Positions 23,952 to 33,347 of a stretch of DNA of 45,062 bases are shown in pieces. The DNA is taken from positions 297,027-342,088 of the forward strand of contig NW_005434587.1 of the NCBI RefSeq assembly GCF_000315625.1, in the 5' to 3' direction. The notes below the pieces were generated by a model. It was not told where the DNA came from. It did not search any database and saw only the letters and a program-made list of their open reading frames with translations. Position numbers and translations under genes: made by a program. This DNA is from Guillardia theta CCMP2712 (taxonomy: Eukaryota > Protista > Cryptophyta). Within the stretch, counting starts at the first letter, position 1. Every line of letters starts with the position of its first letter.

Positions 23952-26789
23952 ATGCGTGAGGACAACATCAAAGTCCCAGTCCTCTGGTTGGCATGCCTCA
24001 CAGCTGCTGTGACGGCGGGGAGTGATGGGATGCATCGAGCGACGCAGAATGTGAAGATCAAATCAGCCCACATCGTTATCAAAGAGTTGAGGGATGTTGG
24101 CCACGAACCTCGGCTATTGAGGTTGCGAGGAGGGAGTCAGGGAGGAAGCACGCACCCGACTGTTAGGCAGGGGTTACAGTTTGCAAAGAGGGTTCCATCC
24201 GCTCTTCAGGATGACATCGACTACACTGAGGGGAAGAAGTACATCTTCATCATGTCAGATTTCACGGGTTTTACAGCATCTCATATCTTGACAGCGGTCC
24301 TGTATCAGGTGAGAAGCCTTTCTCTATTCCTTTCTCTCTCTCCTCCCTCTTCTTCCATCTCTACCCCACCTCCCTTTCTTCTTCCTCCTCCTCTCCTCTC
24401 CCTCTCCTCCTCTTCCCCTTCTTATTGACCCATTTCTCTCTCTCTTCCTCCTTTCCCTCTCCTCCTTTCCTACTCTTTCCTTTCAGTGATACATTCCATC
24501 CAGTTCCCTTCCTGCAGTCACAGCAACAAGGTGACGACTCAAGTCTTCTCCAACGTGAAGTCAGTCTTGAAGATGCGACGTATCATCGCCTTTGCCAAGT
24601 ACGTCGGAGCTCTCGTGTGCTTCACTATCAGAGACACGGAGCTGCGCAAGGAGCTGGCAGAGGAGTGCAAGGAAGCCAACATAGCAGCTGTAGACCTCCT
24701 GGGGGACCTTTCGGATGGACTATCGCACTTTCTCGAGCTGACGCCCATCAAGGATTCGGAAGATCAGGTCGATGCTCTTCCCCAGCGCAAACCTCTGTCA
24801 TCGGGTTACTTCAAGAGGATTGAAGCTGTGGATTTCGCCATCAAGATGGATGAGGGATCGTTCCCTGAGAATTATCACAAGGCTGACCTTGTACTTGTTG
24901 GCGTCAGCCGAGTACAGAAAACTCCCTTAGCCATGTACCTTTCACAGCAGTTCGGTCTCAAGGTGGCCAATACCAAGATTGTGCTGGACTGCCCAGTGGA
25001 GCCCGAGCTGCTCAAGATCGATCCGAGGAAGGTGTTTGCGCTGACTTGTCAAGCGGATTATCTGCTGAAGATGAGGAGGAGGAGAGTCATGATGGTCCGG
25101 AGTGACTTCGATGACGACTCGTTACGGAAGGGGTCGATCAAGTTCGAGGTGGGTCCAGGACACTCAGACACTGAGTACGCGAGCATGGAATACATCCGGA
25201 CGGAGCTCGAGTACGCTGATTCAATCTACCGGCAGAACCCGGAGTGGAATCGAATTGACATCACCGGGCTCTCGGTGGAGGAGGTGGCGGATCTCCACAT
25301 CGTACCAGCTCTGCCTCGTCGTCCGACTGTGATCGAGGTCCTTGCAGAGCATCTGATGAGTCGGGCGCTGACGTCGCTACCCAGGGAGCGCTAGAGGCGC
25401 TTTCTTGCAACTTCTGCATCGTGCGGGTTGACACCAACGAGATCGACAGGTTCGAGGCTGACGGAGCTCATGAGACTCGGGGGGCCTGGTCGGAAAGCGA
25501 CGAACAAGGAGTTCACTTTGGAGCAGCAGCTGCTGCGATCAGCAGTCAGAGCATGATGCCAGGTACGAGGAGGCACCCAGCTGTTGATCAGCTCAGCTGC
25601 GCCATGGCAGGTGGAGCTGGAGACGGGACCGATCCAGACCCCTTCTCGAGCATCGCATATCAGGTGACAGCTTGCTGGGCTTTGGCTTCTCGGGTGACGA
25701 GGGTCTACAGGTCGGAAAAGGGAGCTGGGAAGCCTGGGGCAGTAGTTTACAGCTGATGTTCATGAGCGAGGGGCTGTCGTCCCTGACCCACATCTCGAGG
25801 TCTCGTGCAGGAGCGTGCGAGTGTGGTGGTGACGTCAGACGGCAGGGAGACGATGGTGGGCAAGAGCATCCTGTCCCTCCTCAAGAGCATCAGCGGACGG
25901 CAGTCGGACCCTGCGCTGCTCAAGGAGCTACTGGTACGAGGCGCCTCCTTCTGACCTGTGTCTCATCTCGTGACAGAACGCGCTCTACGTGGGTATCGAG
26001 AAGACGGTGGTGGTCGCGTGCAATCGAGCCGACGACAGCTCGAGCTCCTTCCTCAACGAGGTCCATGTCGCTCCCGTCAAGAACCGGGTGGGAATGAACG
26101 CGTTGTACGTCGTTTCCATGCGCGAGATCTTTCCGTCCAAGGAGGAGAAGGAGGAGAGGGAGGAGGTCGCGAGACGAGACGTGGAGGAGACGGAGTTGGA
26201 GATGGAGAAAGAGGACGTGAGCAACATCTGCGACAAGACCCGCAGGCAGACGTTCTACACCGTCCTAGACGCGACGATTGACGGGCTGCCGCTGTGCTAC
26301 GCGAGCAAGGGGTTCTTCAAGATGACGGGGTTCAGCGAGAAGGAGGTGATGTCAGCAGCCGGCGGTCACGTCTACACCTTGTGGGGAGCGGCGGAGGAGG
26401 GAGGGATGAAGAACGACATTCCCTCGCACGAGCTTGAGATCATCAAGAGTAAGGTGGACAAGGGCGTCGCCTTCAACGCTTGCTTCAAGAGCTTCCGCAA
26501 AGACGGCGTGAGCTCTCCTCCTCTCCTCCTTTCTTCTCCTCCTCTCCTCCTTTCTTCTCCTCCTCTCCTCCTCTCCCCTCCTTTCTCCTCTCCTCTCCCT
26601 TTCTCTCTCTCCTTCCGCATTCATTTTCCTCGCTTTTTCCCCTTCCTCTCGACCTCTCTCTTTCACTTCCCGTCTCTCACACTCGTCCTCCAGGCCTCCT
26701 TTTGGAACCTTGCTCACCTCGAGCCTGTTTGCGACGACTGGGGGACTTTGAAATATTACGTGGGAATCCATCATGCTGTCCTGAGCTAG
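23952..26789 (+). CDS. PPDK/PEPS regulatory protein (kinase-pyrophosphorylase, DUF299) with signal peptide + LRLRGG leader, fused to two C-terminal LOV-like PAS domains
   Basis: DUF299 motifs IFIMSDFTGFTA, YFKRIEAVDFAIKMDEG, ADLVLVGVSRVQKTPLAMYLSQQFGLKVAN, YASMEYIRTELEYA and IDITGLSVEEVA. In-phase GT-AG introns (25338-25384, four further ~45-50-nt introns, and 26508-26693) lead into PAS-A (..LMFMSEGLSSLT..VGKSILSLL..FLNEVHVAPVKNRVG..YVVSMREI) and PAS-B (FYTVLDATIDGLPLCYASKGFFKMTGFSEKEV..SFRKDG/ASFWNLAHLEPVCDDWGTLKYYVGIH). An alternative start is ATG 23907. Confidence 0.85.
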
Positions 26790-26803
26790 CGGAGGGTGAA
26801 AAT

Positions 26804-26838
<35 letters not shown>

Positions 26839-26910
26839 GGCAGGAGCAGGAGCAGAAGCAGGAGTAGGAGCGGGAGCGGGAGCAGGAGTAGGAGTAGGAG
26901 TAGGAGCAGG
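26804..26910. repeat. (CAGGAG)n/(TAGGAG)n hexamer microsatellite just after the PDRP-PAS stop codon
   Basis: Directly visible. It is the reverse complement of the (CTCCTG)n array at 23654. Confidence 0.9.
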
Positions 26911-27067
26911 GAAGAGCACTGGGGCAGCGGCAGGAGGAACAATTATTCATTGAAATGAATCATTTTTTTTCTTATGTGGAGTTGAGGAGGGAGGGGAGAG
27001 AAGAAGATTGAGGGACATTTACTTATTCAACATTCAACTCTTATTATCTTAACTATATCACATCCTC

Positions 27068-30000
27068 TCACGTTATGTTCTCCATCAGCAGCAGCTCGCT
27101 TGGTCGACATGGACCAGCAAGGAACCTCTCGTCCTCCCCACGTTCTGCTCGATCCGCACCTGCTTGCTGATCAATCCTCCCGTCCTTCTCACTTGCATCC
27201 GATGCTCCCCTCAACTCCATCCTCCACCTCCTCCTCCTCCTCCCTCCCTCCCCTCCTCCTCCTCCTATGATACCTTGGAGGCTTCGCATCCTTGGAGGAA
27301 CATGATGGAGCTCATCCTGCAGGAGGCCGTCAGTCCAACCCGCCTCCTTCTCTGGCGTGCCCGCACTGATTGAAGGAGAAGCGACACTTGGCGATGCTCA
27401 CGATGCTCTTTCCTCCGATGCAGATGCCATGCGCGTTGTCCCGAACGACTGAGGAGATCACTTCCCTACAGGAGCTGTCAGCGACTGAGGAGGGAGGAAG
27501 GGAGGGGAAGGAGAGAGGGGGGAGGGAAGGAAGGGGGAGGGGAGGGAAGACCCGAAGCTGTTGTCTCGGAAGCAGATTCCTCGTCCTCTGACTGGCGCTG
27601 TCTTGTCTATCACGCAGTGTCGGATCAAACACTTTCCGTTCTCCTGCACGGAGACAGCAAACGACGCCATTTCCTCTCCTGCCCCTAGTCCTCCCACCCC
27701 GCAGAGCTCGAGCTTCACGTCGCTAGAGCTGAAGCAGCGCACGGCGACCTGAGAGGAGGAGGGTAAGGGAGGGGAGGGAGAGACGTCGATCGGCCGTACC
27801 CCTCCTGATGTCCTGACCTCACATCCCGACACCTCCCACGGTCCTCCCCAGAACAGCAAGCAAGGGCTCATCTGCTAGCACCGTCAACACCTCCTCTCCC
27901 CTCGCCCTCTCCCCCTCCCTCCCCTTCACCCCAACCCCACCCCCAGCGCACTAAGCACCAGTGTCCTCAGGGAGTGAGGGGTGTAGCCTCCTAGCGGGTC
28001 GACAGACGCGTCTCTGAGCTGCGAGCTCGCGATGTTGACCAGCTTCAGCGCTCGCATCCTTCCTGACGCCTCCGAGTGCATCGTCCACCTCCCCAGCAGC
28101 AGCGCCTGCGGCTCCCCCACCAGCTCGACCTGCAAGCTCCCGTCAGCAAGTAAGGCGGAGGGGACGGGACGACTTCGAGGTGGAAGGAGGGAAGGAGGAG
28201 GAGGAGGAGGAGGAGGAGGAGGAGAATCTGTGCCTGGTTGTAGATTGGGATGCAACTTCTAGGAGTATGCTGTCCTTGCATGAAAAAGACTCGCCGCTTA
28301 TCCGCCTGCTTGATCACCTCCAACACTGCCTTGCTGCTGTCCTCCCGCCCCACCATCGGCTCCTCTCCACTGCGCGGCTCCACCTCTACGAGGAGGGTGT
28401 GATCTTCAGGGGGTTGGAGGGGTTGTGCGTCCTCTGGTGCCGGCTGAGCCCACGTGGTCTCGGAGAGAGGGACCGCCGACATCTGCAAGAAGTGAGCGAA
28501 GGATGAGAACAGAAGAATCGTAAGTGAGCAAAGGAGAGAGAGGAAAGGAGGAGGAAAGGAGGAGGAAGGGGGAGCTACCAGGGGCCCCTCGTCCTTGTCG
28601 GGCGTAGCAGGAGAGTTCTGCTTCTCCGTCCGAGCTTCTTCTTCGTCCTTCGCGTCCTTCGAGTACAGCAGTTGCTCGACCTCTCCCCACTGCTGCGCCT
28701 TCACCCGCTCCTGCTGTTCTGAACGGGCGAGGAATGGAAGCTCGGGGGAAGGAGGAGCATGCAGGTCTGGTAAGGGAGGACGAATGGTCCTCGATAGCTC
28801 CGGGGAGGAGGAGGAGGAGGATTCTGCAGCGTTCATTGCTAGAGGCCATTTTTGTGCGACCCATCTGATGGTATGAGGGGTGAGAAGAGTAGGAGAAGAT
28901 GGTGGGGGTGAGGAAAGGAGAGGAGATGGGAATGGACTGAAGGCTGGACGCAACCAAGGGACAAGAAGCAACGAGACGATAGGCTGGGGAAGGAGAAGGG
29001 GAAGAGGGAGGAGAGGAGGAGAGGAGATCTCACTCGCGCAGAGCGTCGAGCTTCTGGTGTGTTTTTGTGGCATTGTCTTTTGCTTCGAGGAGAGCAGAAG
29101 TCGTCTGCTGCAGCCTCTCCTGCAGACTCGCCGCGTCCTCTCTTGGCTTATCCTCCCTCATGCGGCGCAGATCCCGTACCTGCAGCGAATCAGCTGAGGA
29201 GGAGCAGAGGGAAAGCCTGGGGACAAAAGAGAGGGAGGGAGAAGAGCAGGTAGAGGAAAAGGATAGAACCTCTGCCTCCAGTCTTCCTATCTGATTTTCT
29301 GCCTCCTGTAGGCGAAACTTTGCAAGTTGAAGCTCATGCTGTAGTTCAGCACTGCTCCCGGCACGGCTGAGGAAGCGTTGAGTCAAGGCTTCTCCTCCTC
29401 CTCTCCCCTCCTCCTACCTAATTTCCTCCCTTCGTGGCAGCGATGCTGCTGCTGTTTCTCCCCTCCTCCATGTTTCCCTGCTAACATCGTCAGATGATCA
29501 ATCAGAGATGAGGGTGGATGGACCACGTGGAGCTTTGAGGTCGAGGATGTACACTCGGCTGTCCTGCGATCGAGGAGGAGGAGGAGGAGGAGGAGTTGGT
29601 CGTGTGCGACAAATTAGCGATGGACTTATCTTGCTGTTCCATTGAATATCTGAAGAGCGTCGCTGCAAAGGGATTAGGGAGAGAACAAAGGAGGAGGACA
29701 AGGGAGGAAGGAGAGCGGGAGCTGCTGTGTGGAACACGAGACAGGAAGGGGCATATGTAGCGGCTCGTTGATCAACCTGTCAGGTTTCGCACCGACGCTT
29801 CCAGATGGCCAACAGACGTCGCTATGCTGCTCTCAAGATCGACAACCCAACCAGGCTTGCGCTTCTGATCGACAACCCAACCAGGCACGCTCCCTGTCTC
29901 CTCCTCCTTCATCCTCCCCACCTTCTCCGCTCCTATGACGCCGCTCGCTTCCCCCTCCGTCTCTTTCTTTGCCTTCGGCGGCAATCGAGAGGACGGGGGA

Positions 30001-32207
30001 GGCGCCTGCCCCCCCCCGTGAGGGATCATGAGTAGCAGCTGATCCGTCGCCTCCTTCACCTCTGCCCTGAAAGCCGCGCTCCTGCTCAGAATCGCCTCCT
30101 AACTCCATGTCAGCAAAGGACGAGGGAGGGAGGGAGACGTCCGACCTCTTCCTCCTCGCAGGCCTGTAACCTCGCGCTCAGCTCCTCCATCCTCTCCAGC
30201 AGCTCTGAGTGACGCGCCTCCTCCTTGCGCTTCTTTTCCTCGTGACTTTCCTTCTTCTGCTCGAGCAGGAGAAGCTGCTGCTTCAGCTTCGCGCACTTGC
30301 GGGAGGAGATATCCAGCTCTTCGTTCGCCTCCTTCACGTTCGCCTCCTTCCCCTTCTCCACAGCAGCAAACTTGACCCTGTCCCGCAGACTCTCGAAGAT
30401 TAGATCCATCCTGCTCGCCTCCTCCTCCAGCTCCAGCTGCAAGGACTGCAGGCGGTCTTGACCTCCCGCCATCTCTTCATCCATGTCCATGACACGCTCT
30501 CGTGCCTCCTTCTCCAATCTTGACAGCTGCAGACTCGTGTCACGACCTCTCCTAACTCCAGCTACCTCCAACCTTGGCTTCCTCCTCCTGCACTCGTGAG
30601 CGCTCTTGCGCTGCCTTCACCGCGTCGATCCTCAGCTTCGCAAGCTCTTCTTGCAGCCGCCCGCACGTTTCTTTCATTGCGTTCAACTTGTCTCCTCCCT
30701 CCTCTGACACTTCGGCTTGTCGTGCGCTGTCTCTGTCGTCAGCCGTCCAAGCCATCTCCTCCTCAGGTACCTCAAACCCGTTGGTCGCACGTTGGCCCTC
30801 TTGCTCGCCTGAAGCTTGAGACGAGACCGCAGGCTCTCGATGGCGTTCTTCACGAGAGTCAACTGGCAGGGGGTGAGAGACGCAAGAGGCGCACAAGGTA
30901 TCAGACCGCTGTGCTCAACGGCTCCAGTGCTGACAGCACAAAAGTCTTTCCTTTCAGCAGAGCTTCAGCAACTACCTCCTCCTCCTGTTCCAGCAGAAGT
31001 TTCGCCTTCTTCAGCGAGCTCTCCTGCCACTTGCTCCACCCCGAGAAAGCAGTATGTCCCGCCGCTGTGCCTGCCCGCACGCCCTCAAGCTCCTCCGCTC
31101 GCCTCTTGGCAGCGACGTGCTCCCTTGGGAGGGAGGGGGCAGCACGGTCCTCGACGGGCACGCGCATGGTGCTGGTCTCCAACTCATCCTCGGAGAAGGT
31201 GGAGAACCACGAGGAGTACTCATAACGCATCCATTCCTTCCTCAGAGATCACTGGGGCGAAAAGAGCAGCGCAGTGCCGAGCAGAAGCAAAGGGAACAGT
31301 GGAGTAGAGGACTTGAAAGGGAGTAGAATAAAGAAGAGAGGAGAGGAGAGAGGAGAGAGTAGAAAAGAAGAGAGGAGGGGAAAAGAGAGGATTATATCAA
31401 CCTGCCCATAGAAAGCAGCTGCGAGTAGAACACGCTCTATTTTGAGGAACATTTCCTTGTCTAGTTTGTCGACCTGGTACAATACCTGGACCAAGAGATC
31501 AGGTCAGAGGGCCAAGGGATAAGGATTCAGGAAGAAGAGTCAAACTTTCAGGAAGAGTCTTAATTTTTCACCTCTCCACTGTGACGATCGACCTTCTTGC
31601 TGTATCCGCACGCGATGAGGAGCCGAAAGCCTTCCTCTCCCATTCTCTGCTGCAGCGCGAGGTTTCCTTGGCGTACCTTCACAGGAATCAGCTCAAGAGG
31701 AGCCAGGAGCACAATTCCTACCTTGCTCCACGCTTGCTCTCGAGGTTCTCTACCTGCACTTCCAACAAGGTACGCTGCTGTCTTGACTGCAGCAGAGAAG
31801 AATTCGTGGGAAGGAAGCAGCAATTCTGCCAGTGTCTGTACGACCCGTCGCACCTCCTCATGTTTCGTCATGAGAGCATGAAGCCAGAGCGATCCATCTT
31901 GCTTTTGATTATGCTTGTCCAACAATCTCCTCCTCTCCCATGAGATCTCCTCTTCGATCCCTCCGTACATTGAAGGCATTGCCTGCCACGCCGGATCCCG
32001 ACGCATCTCCCAACTTCCTCCTCCTTTGAGTCGTTGAAGGAGAGAAGAGCACTCAGCCAACTTGAAGGCTGAGGATGCACACTGTAAAGAGACAGTGATA
32101 TCATCTCGAGCTCCTTGCGGGAACGTGGGAGTGTCTGGAGAGACATGGAATGATGACGAAAGCACGCAGACCGTCAAGACTTTCGAAAGGAACGAGAAAA
32201 CGCTCAT
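27068..32207 (-). CDS. Large multi-exon protein: signal-peptide-like N-terminus with RLKGG, long coiled coil, C-terminal right-handed beta-helix (pectin-lyase-like) region
   Basis: N-terminus MSVFSFLSKVLTVCVLSSSF..LLQRLKGGG. Coiled-coil exons at 29030-30830. The in-phase splice ..KLDALRE/WVAQKWP links the coil to VFFMQGQH..VELVGEPQALLLGRW..GGPWEVSGCEV..VKLELCGV..CLIRHCVID..VVRDNAHGICIGGKSIVSIAKCRFSFN. Not every junction was verified, so this could be two genes. Confidence 0.6.
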
Positions 32208-32415
32208 CCCTCTCTTCAAGATGTTATAATATTCTTCTGAAGAAACAATGGATAATAAGTCATTGTTCAGCCACTCTCGTCATCGAATATCCTTTCCTAC
32301 CGAGGTCTCACCGCCATGGCACTCGAAGATCCGCTTGCCTTTCACTTGGAAGGCTCAATGTAAGGGCTAGATCAATGTAAAGAGGAATCGAGCGAGGGCA
32401 GGATCGTAGGAGCGA

Positions 32416-32882
32416 TGGTATCTTAGGATCGTAGGAGCGATGGTATCTTGCCTCCCATGTCAAGGTTTCCGTTTGTGAGTTCGCATTCCTTCGCTCCCCT
32501 TCGCTCGCCTCCTTCCCCGCAGATTCGAAAGCGTAACGACTGTGTGTGAATCTCTGTTACAAGACCCCCACCCATTCCTTTCCTCTCAACTACCCACCTT
32601 GTTCCCTGTGGACCAACTAGCCCCAGGACTACCTTGTCCTCGTACTGATTTTTAACTTAACTTTGACTACCCCGTCAACCCCACGGAATACCAGCGTCGT
32701 GACCGTCACCGGCCCGGGCCCGGTCAGCGGGGCGGCCTCGGAGTCAATCCGATGACCGATCCTGGCACTGCCGGCCGGCCCGGGCGGCTTCCGAACTGGC
32801 AGGCTGCCCGGCCCGGCCCATACCGGCGTGGCTATGCCGCGGCGGCAACTCGTGCTTTGAGAGTCCCGGCCGCCGTTCAAGT
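32416..32882 (+). repeat. 467-bp direct repeat, copy 1
   Basis: Appears identical by eye to 35793-36259 (offset 3377). The ORF track shows the same 83-aa ORF at 32629 and 36006. Confidence 0.95.
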
Positions 32883-33347
32883 TGGCACGGGGCCGCTTGC
32901 CGGCCAGCGGAAGCCTTCCCGGTGGCAGCCTGGGACTTCAGATCGTAATCAGCCCCCGAGTACCGTAGTACGCTGTCACTCGCCGGGGCCATTCGGCGTT
33001 ATCACCCAGGCCCGGGCCGGGGCCTCGGATCCGATTCAGTCAATGGCCACATCTCAGTCGGGCCGGCAGGTTGTGACTGAAACTGTACGGACGGTACACA
33101 TAAAAATGACTTGTAGTAGAAACTGCTCATTTTGTATCTGTATTTATCTCAGAAGTCTACAGCATACAGTCCATCTCCAGTGGGGACCGGCAGGGTAAGA
33201 AGTGAAATGAGCAGGTAAGCGAAGGGAGAGGTTTGTCTAAGTGAGGCAATAAGCTGAAATGGGCAAGAACAGAACCACCCGACGGGCGACATCGTCTCTT
33301 TCGTAAGAGCCTATTCCTGCCGCAGAAACCAAGGACAGGCGAAGCAT

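Noticed and set aside
26240-26789. Canonical blue-light LOV photoreceptor (phototropin/aureochrome)
   Set aside because: The GxNCRFLQ motif is absent and there is no kinase or bZIP partner. It is reported only as a LOV-like PAS domain.
32629-33198. ORFs within the GC-rich islands (also 7055-7596, 18096-18320, 37989-38249)
   Set aside because: Low stop frequency from extreme GC content, P/G/R/A-rich translations with no splice or domain support.
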